The notes: generated from the letters alone by a model not told the origin. Positions 14,201 through 26,748 are shown, numbered from the stretch's first letter. The stretch: 63,951 nucleotides of DNA from Phoronis australis (GCA_002633005.1 NMRA01000497.1:19073-83023); one strand, 5' to 3'. Program-made: numbers and translations.

Positions 14201-17200
14201 CACAAGCTAAACAATCTTAAAACAAACAGCTCTCCATTGAGTAAACAACCTTTCTGTTGAAGGTATACCTAGGTCAATTCAACAACGGTATTAATGCAAA
14301 TAGACTCCACGCATGCCTCGAGTAAATCAATTGAATGAAAGTATCAAAGCACCATGAAAAGGTAAATAAATCCTAAATTAGTACCAAGATTTAACCAATT
14401 GATTACCTGTAGTTGCTGAGCTGACGTATATCCTGAGGGTCTTAACATCAGGCAGGCAATGTATATTCACGTTTCCCTGAAGAATCTTTGTAATTTTATC
14501 CTTATTTTCTAGCCGCCCACTATCTCTTGTTTCCGGTCTGAACACGTGCGGAGTGGGAACAGGACTAACAACCATTTTCTTGAAATTGTCGTCATCCGTT
14601 TCTTCCGATAAAGTGTATTGGATTTCTTGATCAACCGTAGAATTCTCTTCATCCCCAGAGTCAATGTTTGAGCTTTGCTCGATGCTCTCGATTTCTTTCA
14701 CACTCGGTGGTTCAGGCTGCGACAGTGTTACCCTCTGTCCCGAAGAACGACGAGAGGCCTGTCCTGACTTCAGAATGCTATTGGCTTTTGAAGAACAAGC
14801 GCTTTCTTTTCTGACGGCTACGTGAGCATTGATTTCTGGCAAAGTACTGGCTGGTTGGAAAGGCACCCCGATTACAGAATGCATCGAGTCGGTGGGCATG
14901 CCACGAAGCGGGTCTTCCTGTTTCCGTGGCGATATCGAACGACTACGTAAAGGCAAGGGGTCCAACAAACGTCTTACGGGGATATTGCCTTCTGACGTTG
15001 ACCTAGGACCGAGTACTTTATCTCCGTAGTCGCTGTATTGACTAAATATGTCAACCCGTCTTGACCGTCTCTGTGATGAAAAATACGAATCAAATGAGCA
15101 AGGGTGTCTTATCTTGTGTTTGTTCTTTTTTCAATTGACTCAAAATGTAAACCAAAAATTCATGCACGCTGTATCAAAATACCATTATTTAATCTAATCT
15201 TTTTATGACCCAATCGACAAACTTTTGCCAGTCATTTATATTAGTTCTCTTATGTAGAAAATGCGCTGAAGTGTTGAATAGCTTGTGCGCACAGCTGACC
15301 TGTTCTAGGATGAAGTTGTCCTTATAAGACCGTTTCTCGTGTAGTTAAGACCTACCGAGTTCATAAATAGCAAAATGCACGCGCACAGTTGTTTATGGAA
15401 TGCAGTTTCGCTTAAGGTTGTGTTGGACCCGACAAAAACGCCCAGATTTGGCTAACTTCGGAACGTCGTATTTCAGAAATGGCTCACTAGATTCATGCGA
15501 AACGTTCCCTGCACCTTTTTTGCGAGAGAAGCTGTCAAACGTAGAACTTTTATGATTTTCGCTAAAAAATCAAAGGTTGTACAAAATAAAAATAAAATGA
15601 TTATTTTGAAAACTGAAACTCAGTGTGTTTTGGAGGATTTCATCTTGTACATTTATATGTAATGAAGTTTGAGAATGATATTGACACCCTTATTTTGTTA
15701 CGGGTGTACCTTTTTGTTAAATTTTATCAAAATAACAGTGTCGTCACTCATTTAGCGGCAAACTTTTAAAAAGTCAAAAATCGTATTCTACATGCTTTCA
15801 GTTTTAACGAAACGTACACATTACGGGGTTAAAATCGACAGTTTTGCAAGTATTTGGCTACATACATAGACTTGTACATCACGTCCTACATGACCCTGTC
15901 TTACAAGTTTAAGAGAATCTGACCAATTACCCTTTCTCTCGATTTTCGTTGTCGATTTCTCTCTTTACTCTCGTGAGGCGTTTCATCCTTAGCCACCTCA
16001 GCATCTCCTTTGTCGGCCCAGAAATATGCATTCAGTCGTTTGAGTATTCTTTTATTTAGCTTTTTCTGAAACAACATTTCGTACAAATGATACACCAGAA
16101 ACAAATCGGTTCCACACGTCGAGTACATTTTGTAAACCAGGAGATAAATAAACTCACAACATCCGTTTGTGCCTCATTGCAAAGCACGGAATTTATTCTT
16201 AGCAGTATATCTATTTTTGACGTTTTCTGGTGTGAATTGTTCGTAAGCATTTCCCACAACACAAAAATGTTCGTAATATCGAATACCATTTATGGCTGTC
16301 GTACCAGTTCTTCACACCTATAGATTGATATCTTAAGAGGCACACGTGATAGCTACTTAAACGAAGTTGCAGCACTCACTTTCATTTTGAAAACGCACGC
16401 TAAGTTTCATTGAAGTACGTGATTGACCATCAGAGCCATCTCACAAAGCTTTTAGAATAATTTTTCATAGAATGTTTATCAGTGAGAATTGCGATTTGGC
16501 GAAAAAAGAGCACTCGACGGGGTATCCAATTACAGAAAATGGAGAATCGTCGTCGTTCACCGCACACGAAATTGGACAAGCTTTCAGTCCGTGGAAAACA
16601 GCGTGTTGTTTGTTTTATGCACCGAACAACTCCAAAATTTCCGCGGTGGCTAGAAACTCATTGACCCTTTTTCTAAGAGGACTTTTACGGAAACCGTTTC
16701 AGTGTTTTGATCAGGAGAATACTGAGCACCGAGTAAAACAATGACACGATTTAAATGTGATTTTAATCAATTATACGAAAATCGATTTTGTTGGATGCAT
16801 AATTTGATGATACTTGTATTCATGACGTGAAGTGAATTATAACAATCTGCGCTCAGCATCTACATAATCTTCAAACAATGGCTCAGTTCAGACTCAAAAC
16901 TTTACATACCACTCCGCGTGATTAGAGTACAAATGTGCAAAGTTACTAGAAACTGTGGTCAATGTTTCAGGGATTAGACCCCAGACCTTGCACCCAGACG
17001 CCATTTTGAAGAAAGTAACCTAAGCCGAATACTAAAGACGAGCTGTATGCCTAGGTAGGCCCGGCCTAATAGGTAACAACGCAACGTGAAAATGCCATTT
17101 CTTTTCGTGAAAAATCGAAAACAATGAGCTAGAAAAAAACTTTGAATCCTCATTGTCACAATAACATCGATTATTAGTAATTAGGGCTTAGTGGACATTA

Positions 17201-20200
17201 AATATGCACAGGTCTGGTGCAAACATAAAAATGCAAATTGTAAGCCGGGAAAAGCCAGTGTCAATCATGAACGTTATTTGGTGAATGTTTCCTTTTTGTC
17301 CCTCCACAAAAAATTGGAATTTAAGATTAGCTACAGCTTATCTTTAATCTGCACACAACACCCGGAGTTGACTACTAATCACACCTTCAAATGATTAATG
17401 ATCTTTTCGTCTGTTTTGGCTTGTAAATGTCGCTGTTTCAAATGCCAATGACTGCCACCGACTTCATAATCAAGACCGTGTGATGTATATTCCCTGCTGT
17501 GTTGACTCGAAGTTGTTGACTTAGACTGCAACACAGTCTTTTCTTTGCTAATCGGTGGTAACGTCTGCGTCCTTCGCCGGCCATCTTCGGCAGCCTGAAA
17601 AGAAAAATGAATGAAACATTAGAAACAGGCCTGCGGGGATAGACCACGAAAGTCAATTATCAGAAAAAAGATTTGTAACATCAATGAATCGTACTTTTTG
17701 CCGACTAAACTTTCGGTGATCGATCAATTGTGAACATATCGTGAAGTTATTTCTGCAGATTTTGCACTGCATACTTTTTCCGTGCATCGACAAGGCAGCG
17801 AGCGATCTCCTCGTCGGTGTTCCCGTCAACGGTAACTAAAGCAGGCCTACCCCCAACTGGGAGGCTCAAAGAGACGGGACAAGTTGCCAGCACACACATT
17901 GTATGATGCAAGCTTCGCGTTGTGTGACAAAACATAGGTAAATGTTTTTAATGAGGTTATTATAGGAAAAATTACACGCATACATGGCACACGTTGGTGC
18001 AATGACGGATGCAAATGGCTTTAGGATTACCCTATACGGTTGAACGGACACGTAACTGTTGGACCGAACAACCTACTAAGAACTCAATTGCGTCCGTCAC
18101 AGGTCAGAGCTTGCGTAAAGACTACCGTAACACTTCTAATAGTAGCCGGGGTGTTGTATTTGTTTCAGGCGTGTCTCAGCCCGGCCTCTGTAAGAGGGAC
18201 TGTTTTATTATAGACTTGGCTGGCCAACACATGGTATCGAACGATGGCAAACGAAGAAATTCGCCTTTGCCAATTGTCCGCTCTAAGATCGAATCATTTA
18301 GAGGGAGATTTCATTGAGTCCTACCGTTTATTAATTTTAGCGTAATTATACAGAGCACCGCTTCTACTAGGCGTTTATTAGAGACCTGGCTTCCATTATA
18401 GAAGTTTTACGGTTTATGAAGTTGGTGGGGGCTGCCACTATACTAGTAGGCCTACAGGATGCTAACCTACACTGTCATAAACACACAGTGAAAAAGTCAC
18501 GAAGCTCAGCGAATGTTCATCTCTCAGAATGCAAATGCCATTTTTGCGGAACGACAAAGCCAAGTCTTGCGTTCCACCATACCGTGAGTTGGGTACAACT
18601 GTTTTATGACGTCTTAATCTTGTCTGAAAACATGATATGTTAAAGAATGAGGTTGAAACATGAACCCCACCGTCAAACTGCATGTCAGAAAACTCAACTG
18701 TTTCTTTACACGAACAGATGGCTTTTACGAGACGTTAATGGCCAGATTTACCTTTATCAAACTCTTAACTCTTGCGTCTATAGGTGGTTGAAGCACGTAG
18801 CTCGGTACAGCAATATCCAAAGCGTCCAAAGTGTGTGAATTCAGAAAACATTTTTCCTTGGATCGCAGCATAACTAGACCTCCCTGTATTATGATAGTCC
18901 AACACGCTTAACGACCATTGAGGTAATGAAGATACAAACAAGTACTATCCCACTCATGGGGTTACAAAAGAACTGTAGTTCCGCTGTCTAGCTGCCTCTT
19001 GTTATTAAAATGTGTCATAGCGACACAAAACAGCCGGAAGAGTTATCATTCGCCGTCTGCTTGACCGACCGAGTGGACGGATGTTGAATGTAATCCCTGT
19101 TCTTCTCTCACGGTACTTTCACGCATTAATATTGACGTAGCTGTCTACTTTGTAAGAAACTCACGCGCGTGTAACTGAATCGTATAGCGACAGCGTTGTA
19201 AAGTAATTATTGAAATGGGTTGCATAACAAAATCCTGAATATGCTTGTTCAGCATCGGTAATGAGGATTTTACGATATATATGGGTTGATGAACAAACAT
19301 CGTGAATCGGAGATCTTGTCAAAACATTAGTTACTCGCTAGGTTTACTCAACAGTTGATGTGAGTAAATATTTACTCTTCACCACATCTCGAGGTTGACT
19401 CGTAGGCCTTGTTATGCCTTACCCATAATTTTCCTCAGCACAATATTTATTCTTTTGCGCCCGGGGTGTACTCGACCCAGTTTTCGACATGCCAATTTGA
19501 ATATATATATTTACCCAGTAACGTTTGGCATTCGCTTTCAACTCAACCCCACTCGCGGGTTTTCACTCCAACTCAATACGACTTGCCATGCCTTAAATAT
19601 CCTTTTTGACCTTATCACAACCGGTCGGCGAAATAGTAACGTAGTGGGAGGCATGTCAAGAACTTTTGTTCACTGAAAAAGTGACCGCAGCGATACATCC
19701 CAGTCTGCGTCCTACTCCGCCTAATTGTACATAAGGATACCCGCGGGCTTCTACGAAACACGCTGTGTCACTTCATTATAATAATGGGGTCCGCGAGTCG
19801 CCATTAGTGATTAGCAACATAAAATTGGGTTGCCGAATACATACTGCCCTAGGAAAATAAGCTTTGGAGTGGTTGTTGCACGGAAACGGAGCAACGAAAG
19901 TCGCTATCTGTTTGCACTGTATCGACGGTTGAGTGTATGTTCAAAGTAAAATAATTTATTACGACAGACTTGTTGCTCAAGATTGAATCAGGTATCAATT
20001 CTTTTTAAGCTCATAATCGGCTGCCATCGCTATTTGGTTTGGTAGGTTTGGTCAGTAAAATTTAATTATATACAACCGAACAAAATACAACCCACTTTTA
20101 GAAATAACTGGTATGTAGTAAAATCAGTGGTGTCGCGTTTAATTTTTCAAATGAGTAACAAAAGTTGTTTGGAAAAAATTGTTTTGGGAACAAAATTGTG

Positions 20201-23200
20201 AGGGTTTGTGTCACAACCTTAGATAACCAATCAGCGGGAGGTACTTAAAAGTGCGCAAGTTCCGGGAAGAGTTCCGCAGACGCAAGAATCTAGCGTGAGA
20301 ACCTAGTGCAATCACGTACTTCGCTTTCAATACATGTTGATATCTCGCTTAAGTCTTGCAAGATATTACGTTTTTGCGAGGTTCTCGTGTCTAAATAACA
20401 CATATCTGAAAACTTCAACTGGTACATGTACGAGTAAGCTGTGTGCCTTCGACTTTCTGCTCTGTGATAACTGTGTTCAGTCAAGCCCGACAGCGTTAAG
20501 GTTGTTACAAAAATCTGCTCAAAAGATTCAAGCTACATTTCCGAGTAAGTAAAATATACTATTTTGACCCAAAACGCCTTCAAAGAAGACAACAGTCCTT
20601 TTTAATCACCCTACAGATTCCAGAAGGGTTAAAATTAACGACGATTGAACAGAAAAGTTGGTTAAAATCGCTCGAGCAAAACTGTTATTAGTTTTCTACA
20701 TAGCTACTGTTACAACCCAAAAATTAACTACGGAGTTGGCTTGAATTGCAAGTGCAACCATAATTAAACTGGCAACGTAAGTTACTTGAAAAGTTATGAG
20801 GCATGCTTGAAACTGCTCGAGGTAGGGCCTCGAGGTCCATGCCCGCTAGACCTTTTATATCATAGCCAATACCCTGCGAGTATTTAACCACTCCATGAAG
20901 CCTTCCTGACCACCAGTGTACAACTCTCGGGACAATTTTCATACCGTTACGTTTCTTAACAAACCATAATCCAGAAAAGTAGAAAATAGCAGAAAAGATA
21001 TTGTAAATGAAATTGAATGCCACGTACATACCATACTAAAAACGTTGAACTTAAACGGGTGGTTTAAGTCAAGTTTGTACAAACACCTTTTGTCGACATC
21101 TACCGTCGGGTCGTTCCATGTCGACCATTATGGAATTAGACAAACAAATTGGAACGGCGGATCTCCATAGAGTTTTTGATTCTCTTGTATAGAAGTTCAG
21201 CTTTTGTCAATAGTTACCAATTGCAAACCAACAAAAACGTCCATTTAAGCAGTGTTTCCTAATCAAACAATTACTTGGTTTAAATGAGACCACTTTGTAC
21301 GCAGTTGTTTGTGAGCCATCCACAATAAGCGAATGATTTTATTTATTTAGTTCATGCAAGCAGTAAATCGGCGCGTCGTCTCTTACTGTACTCGCGTAAG
21401 TCACTGACCGTGCACGTGACATCGCCACCACGCCACGCTTGTCAATAACAGAAAGCTTGATCGTTTCTCGTGAAAGCAGTTAAAATATTTTTTTAATCAA
21501 TCGCGCGCACATAGTTGATCAACTGAATTGCGCATATTTACTCATAAATCCCGAAAGACGGGCTCCGGAAGGTCTACATTATGAATACAGTAATTAGTCT
21601 GTACAATAAAATCGTAAACCTAGACGTTATCCTCTTGAAATGCATTTATATATTACTCAAAATGTTGTCATAAATCAGTAAATTTGCTACTGAAAATTTA
21701 CAAAAGAATCTTTATCTGAGTATTACATTTCCATTTCCCAATTCTGTCACGGTCCATGTATTTTTGTAAGAACTTGGAAAACTGGACGTTTATTTTTTTA
21801 ACAAAGCTGCAACGCATCACGTGATGGCAATTTTAAGTGGTGTATTTTATGCGACTCAAAATAACTTTTTCTTTCATACTCGCCGACTTAGGGGACAGCT
21901 CGTAAAAATATCACTTTTAATGACGGTTTTGAAAGTAAACATTTCAGATCACGAATTCCACGTCATTCAACTGCCGTGGGATTATTTTGAAGGCGCACTA
22001 CGAGACATTTGATTAAAAAAAACAAAACCTATATTAAGCTCTCTTATGGTTTGATAAAGATGGATATAAAAATCGATTTCTCATTTCAACAGTAAGTTAT
22101 AACTACGTAGGTTTGCGCTGAAATTAGTTTTGCGCAAGTTTTAATCCCAATTATGCGGTAACAGTTTCTTCAAGTTGAGTCACGTGATGAAGAGATCCTA
22201 AAGTACTCAAGAGCTATCGTTTTTATCTTTACTTAAATGGCTGAAACCCAAAAGTTTACTCTTATATCTTATCTTATTCTGCTGTTACGATTTCCAGTCT
22301 CCACACGTTGCGTTGATATTCGCGAATGTCTACCAAATAATTTTCAAACTGTTCATTATCAATCGTGGAAATATATTTCTTGAACCCGTCTTATTACTAA
22401 CACCATCCAAAATATCAATTAAATGTTTTTATCGCGAAACCGTTATTTCGTGACAATAACATTTTTAACTTCCGAGACGGTTAAAACAATATCCTTTCAC
22501 CGCCCATACACGGGACACAATGGAGTCGTTTCTGTTTAATGTTATACTTTGGGCCTATGGCCATATGTATAGATTTCAATAAATCACTGATTACGAATAA
22601 GATGATCGTTAGCTCGATCTCCTAAAAGTTATCGTAATGACAGAGAAGTGTTTTCATACAATTTATCATTTGGCTCTAATAAATACTTGATATGCAACTT
22701 ACAGATTCGGGTTGTTTTTATCAAGAGGTCACAAAATATTACATTTTTATGGGTTGATAATGAATAGGTACACAAAATTTATAACTGTATTCAGCGCCAT
22801 TGACGAGCTCTCGACAATAGCCACAACAGTGGCTTAGCGACTCGGCAAACATCTCGTCATCCGCAGCAGTAATTTTTTTTGAGAACGCTCACCACAACAA
22901 GAAATAGTCCAGACACGCCCCATTCTTTTGCTGGTTAAAGTAAAGCATTCGTTTGACTGCAAACTATACCCACCACCAAACATTATTGCTAAGGATACAA
23001 AAACGTTGTATGCATTTTAAATGTAACGGTTAAGTTAATAAAATAAAATTTAGTGAAAAGGTAGCTTGATTTTCTAGACGAACTGACACGGATTTCGTTG
23101 TATTGCATTCCAGTTGAAGGATTTAGGCTTAGCAAATTATTTGTTATATGGTTATGAAGATACGAGTCAGCTGTTCCGGGGTTCATTTTCTCCAAGCAGG

Positions 23201-24211
23201 AAAAACTAAGTATCTCTTGGAATATGACTATCAGTTATACTTTTCGGGAAAATTGTCTGATTGTGGAATTATTTATTGAGTTATATGCATGAACTCATTG
23301 TTTCGTGTTGGCAAAGTGCTTTCGTGGGTCTTCCCTGCCCATAAAAATATACGCAACAATGAATTACAAACTTGTGTCAATATGCAGGAGAGACGCTTAT
23401 ATGGCTAAAAAGGGAAGTCCGTAGTATCTTATTTGTACTGACAAAGCTGTAAAAGGTGAACTTAACAACACACTTGTAATGTCATGCAGAATCTTTTTTA
23501 CGTCGACTATTGTTATAGGTAGGAAGACCCTACAGCAGTGAGGCTGAGCCAGAACCGTGTTGATACTCGACACTGTCCCGAAAACCAGTGAGGGACAGAT
23601 ATGTGTGGGTCGAAATAGGATACCCCTGCATTGTATTATCAGGGGCGGATCCAGGATTTTGAGTCGGGGGGGCGGACAGGGCAGAGTATTAGCCAGGATT
23701 TTGTCCGTCAGACATTCGCACCCCCGAACTGCCAAATGTAATCTGGTAGAATTTTAGGGGGCTATGGCCCCCTTGGGTCCCCTCTAAACCCGAGTCCGCC
23801 ACTGATTATTACTCCTTTATACACGTCACATGTCATAACCCGGGCAAATTCAGATCCCGTGTCTCTGCAAATGGTTCAATATTTGTATGCAACCTCGTGG
23901 TATATAAGCTACCAACACAATTAAGGTCACCGGGGCCCCCCTTCACATATTTCTCCGTTAAGCCTTGTCGATACGATTATCCTATTACCCTTGCATATGA
24001 GTACGCTCTCCTGTTAACGATGAGATTTATCTGTGTCAACTATTTGTGTACAGTTACCAAAACAATCTGTTCACCATCCCAAAAACGCGTGGATTCGTAA
24101 GAGTCTTACCTTGTGGTCGTCAGAATTCGCCGAACCAACGTTGGACAATCTCGTCAATGCAGTAGATTTTAACTGTCCCGGAAGAGAAACGTCTTGGACA
24201 AAAGTGGCCAT
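1614..24211 (-). CDS. NACHT and WD40 repeat domain-containing protein (NWD1/NWD2 family), whole spliced model of about 2140 aa: disordered N-terminus, DUF4062-like domain, NACHT NTPase, WD40 propellers, acidic tail
   Basis: Coding exons 24211-24110, 17594-17385, 16065-15931, 15070-14407, 13165-12966, 12707-12187, 11332-11178, 10839-10631, 9929-9694, 8750-8592, 7823-7697, 5622-5523, 5218-1614. All junctions are GT-AG and phase-consistent (6423 nt). Motifs: RIYVSS..VDLHWG..FLGQKYG, Walker A GQSGSGKT, Walker B PLVLVIDSLD, GH..WN WD40 repeats. The first three exons rest only on open frame and splice signals. Confidence 0.9.
5523..5622 (-). CDS. NWD-like exon (Walker B)
   Basis: DYKGIVNDFDNRICYATKEKPLVLVIDSLDQLS; phase 0 to 1; not in the ORF track. 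Confidence 0.92.
5824..6267. mobile_element. MITE with about 31-bp terminal inverted repeats and TCT 3-bp flanking duplication
   Basis: AGCAGGAAGAGATAAACCAGGAAGGGACAACT at 5824 is inverted at 6237-6267; spans the N at 6054. Confidence 0.75.
7697..7823 (-). CDS. NWD-like exon (NACHT)
   Basis: NVAVIVRSVGVTTQSTNIRLLLKDILLQLCYTYG; TTTTCAG acceptor, GTAAGT donor. Confidence 0.9.
7923..8096. mobile_element. About 175-bp MITE, TIR TTGACCTATCGC
   Basis: Inverted ends TTGACCTATCGC/GCGATAGGTCAA; reverse-complement copy at 33709-33887. Confidence 0.8.
8250..8505. mobile_element. Degenerate long-TIR element related to 9262-9607
   Basis: Shares GGCTAAAACC..CATTTTACTCTC..AAATC.GTCT with 9290-9340; inverted arm at 8420-8500. 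Confidence 0.55.
8592..8750 (-). CDS. NWD-like exon (Walker A)
   Basis: FQGRK...PLVLHGQSGSGKTSLV; phase 2 to 2. Confidence 0.93.
9009..9168. mobile_element. About 160-bp MITE, CAGGGGCGGATCC terminus
   Basis: Reverse-complement match to 23640-23804 along its length. Confidence 0.8.
9262..9607. mobile_element. Non-autonomous long-TIR element, Kolobok-like (TTAA|AG start)
   Basis: TTAAAGCTGCA start; arms 9285-9380 and 9490-9600 are imperfect reverse complements. Confidence 0.55.
9694..9929 (-). CDS. NWD-like exon
   Basis: VTWGKDGIDP...HRIYLERMCEEF...EVRAHVHFC; phase 0 to 2. Confidence 0.9.
10631..10839 (-). CDS. NWD-like exon
   Basis: THLEHEQGLI...CLWFKREISDI...YLDL; phase 1 to 0. Confidence 0.9.
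11178..11332 (-). CDS. NWD-like exon
   Basis: AIVKDVN...ARATW...RKYFTS; phase 2 to 1; GTAAGC donor. Confidence 0.88.
12187..12707 (-). CDS. NWD-like exon
   Basis: SFLGQKYG...LTDWYKLDENMAPSMYILQPI; phase 0 to 2. Confidence 0.9.
12966..13165 (-). CDS. NWD-like exon (DUF4062-like core)
   Basis: DSQAESAYLIQHAYPVLKQY...LQIVDLHWG...ELCQQLLETCQQSSGVNFI; GTGAGT donor. Confidence 0.9.
13251..13647. mobile_element. MITE with about 55-bp imperfect TIRs (CGGGG..CCCCG)
   Basis: CGGGGAGTAATCTTTGTACGCGAAA..TTTTTGATATTT versus AAATATCAAAAA..TTTCGAGTACAACGATTAGACCCCG. Confidence 0.65.
14407..15070 (-). CDS. NWD-like exon (Ser/Pro-rich disordered region and start of DUF4062-like domain)
   Basis: 664-nt open exon ending KILQGNV...KTLRIYVSSATT; phase 0 to 1. 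Confidence 0.85.
15931..16065 (-). CDS. NWD-like N-terminal exon
   Basis: KKLNKRILKRLNAYFWADKG...RKSRER; 135 nt, phase 0 to 0, TTTCAG acceptor and GTAATT donor. Confidence 0.7.
17385..17594 (-). CDS. NWD-like N-terminal exon (predicted)
   Basis: Strong TTTTCTTTTCAG acceptor, 70 open codons AAEDGRRRTQTLPPIS...KIINHLK, AAG|GTGTG donor, phase 0 to 0. Confidence 0.6.
23640..23804. mobile_element. About 165-bp MITE, CAGGGGCGGATCC..TCCGCCACTG
   Basis: Terminal inverted repeats; second copy at 9009-9168. Confidence 0.8.
24110..24211 (-). CDS. Probable first coding exon of the NWD-like gene
   Basis: AAAATGG start context, MATFVQDVSLPG...SDDHK, AAG|GTAAG donor in phase 0 matching downstream exons; no homology support. 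Confidence 0.55.
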
Positions 24212-25044
24212 TTTGCCGCAAGATGTCTGTTGATCGAGAGGCAACTTGCTCAGGTTACAGATTATCACTCATTATCTTGTGTAAACGATCATATGGACGT
24301 ACTCGCAACGGCATTGATTTAACGTTTGACAAGCGACACCGAGGTGACCTTCCTTGACAACGCAGTCGGACAATAAGCTGTAATAACACTAATCAATAGA
24401 CGTCACACAAAATCACGAACAATAATACGCTGTTAGCTTCATTGTTGACGGCAGTGAATGCCAGTGAGGCTGCTGTACTGGCCGGGGTTGAAGCAACTCC
24501 CGTAGAATATTCACTGTTTTGTTGTAACTAGATACCTAGTTTAACTTTGCCCCGAGGGGTGCCACTCCTGGGGTGGAACTACGGCTGAAAAAATGGAACT
24601 TCCATCTTCTTGGATTTTTCGACGTCCTATCCGCAGTCGCTAACAAATCATTTTTTTTGAAAAAATAGGAACGTAAACTGTTGACCTGTGAGTTTTGAGG
24701 TGAAATGTACTTTGGCTTATTGCAGATATATGAAGAATTCGTTTTCGTCACATAGAAAGCAGAGGCCCCCGGGATTTTTCAACTCGCCTGAAGAAATAAA
24801 CACAATCTTATTGGGAACAGTCACGTGGGACAGTACTAGAGCTGTTTCACCCTAAACTCCGAACTTTTTACCAAGTAAATAACTGAAATTTTCTCCATTT
24901 GGTACTCTTCTTGAAATTTTCAGAAGTCCGTAAAAATTCCCAGATGTTTGTAAAATGTCACCCAATGAAGAGAATCGAACGTCCCGCTACCGTGTGTGGA
25001 CATCAATCACATCAATCAAGTTTTGGCGGCAAATTGATCTTCTT

Positions 25045-25068
25045 CCCTAACCCTAACCCTAACCCTAA
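25045..25068. repeat. (CCCTAA)4 interstitial telomeric-type repeat
   Basis: Four perfect CCCTAA units. Confidence 0.9.
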
Positions 25069-25949
25069 TCTGAACTGATGACATGCTATCAATGTTTTTA
25101 TACTAATGACAACGGTTTATTTCTCCTTTAATTGAACACCTATAAAATGGATGAAAAGACACTACAATAACTCTGCATATGCAGTTTTCTTGCAGGTCAG
25201 TTCTTCATACAGCGCCACCACCCGGTACACAAGGTCTTCCAAAAGTTCTATCGAAATCTTGGATGTGGTATAAAAACTGAGTAGTCAGCAAAATATTTTT
25301 GAAACTATTAAAAATGCAAACTGGTAGAATGATTCCAAAACAATTTTCCTTGACAAATGAGTTGCAAATCTGACGAGCAGACAACAGCGGATATTTTAAA
25401 TAGAGAATAATTATTAGATATTCAACTCATTGAAAATGGCATAAGAAATGGTATTTTCTGAAAGGACTGATAACATTTGTAACACAGGGGAGCCTTTAGA
25501 TAAAAGCGCATTCACGTGTCATGTAGTACCTCACAGTCCTGGCAGGTTAAGAAATAGGTTCATGGCCCACATTAATTGTCACATTTTGAGAAACGACGAT
25601 ATCAGGCCTCTTTAATGATTCAGTACAATGGTGACGAAGAGCGAAATACTTAATCTCAGCTGTGTCGACACGCGTTTTAAGTTTGCCTATCTTCAGTGTC
25701 AACTGTGGACTCCGGGCTTCTTGTCACTAAGGTTCAGTTGTTGTCATGTTGGTCATCCTTGAAATCCGGGTCCATTAGCTGTCTTAACATTAAAGAAGTT
25801 GTGTTAGAATTTGAATGCATCGTGGCAAGATATCGCGCAATGAACTGAAACTATCAATGTGCGGCGTAAAAATGTTAGACCAGCTAGCCAACTCATGACA
25901 TCGGCAACGATTGCCGCCCAGGGCTTTGCTCTTGGATCGCAGTGGAGTT

Positions 25950-26748
25950 CATTCCACTCGATCTATAACGTCGGAGTATTTTTTGCCAATTGAAGTCACC
26001 AGCCGGCCCGATTTCAAAGGCGGGAAGTGACGATTTGTAATAAAATCATATTTTGCTGTTTTGTAGTCTGGTTTCATAACTCCAAGAAGTTTGTTCTTAT
26101 AGTGTTCAACAATTAATAACCCCAAAGTGTGCCTTTTAGAACTCAAAACCGCATGTGCTATGAACGACACAATTTTGGTAAGCCTCCGATAGGGTCAAGT
26201 TTTGGAGGCGTCTCGTCAAAGAAGCAAACTTATGATTTAACCGGACTGGCGTAAGATTAGTTTCAAATTCTTTCTGTACTGACTCGGAGGACGCCAATAT
26301 TATCCAGCTGCCGCCTTTTTATACAAATAGGACTGACTACTTATAGAAAACCAGTAACATCCAGCCATATGAGAGAATTCATATAAACATTTTAGATTCG
26401 TAGCGAGAGCACAAACAAAGTCCACTGAACAACCCGGTTTTTGCCGACGGCAGTTGTGTGAAACAAACGTCTGAAGGTAGTAAGACACAGACCATGCAGT
26501 CACGGTGTCCATCAAAGCCATAGCTTTACCTGAGCAGGGCGCTCTGACGGAAATTATCTCCCTTGTTATGACGTCATTTAGCGATGACGACATACTTGTT
26601 TTAACCAATCAACACCTGCGTTCTTTCTGAATTACAAAGAAAGGCGCGCATTTCGAGAAGGTGTTCCGCCTAAATTTGATCTCATGCAGAAATCAAATTT
26701 AATGTGAGGCCCAAGCATCCATTACATGTGTCAAAGGCACAAAGCAAG
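25950..26748. promoter_or_regulatory. Probable (bidirectional) promoter between the NWD-like gene and Myb, with cell-cycle-type motifs
   Basis: CCAAT at 25986, 26294, 26605; minus-strand TTCCCGCC immediately followed by TTTGAA (26026-26013); TTCAAA 26262; CAGTTG Myb site 26451; TGACGTCA 26569; GGCGCGC 26643; TTCCGCC-4nt-TTTGAT 26664-26680. Confidence 0.5.

Noticed and set aside
16287-16317. 31-nt AG/GT-bounded mini-exon in the NWD-like gene
   Set aside because: Contains TGA in phase 0 and breaks the frame between flanking phase-0 exons; only possible as an alternative start
1614-24211. Bacterial antiviral STAND (Avs/NACHT) defence system or horizontal transfer
   Set aside because: The gene has spliceosomal introns, NWD-family motifs and animal neighbours (Myb, LRRN-like)
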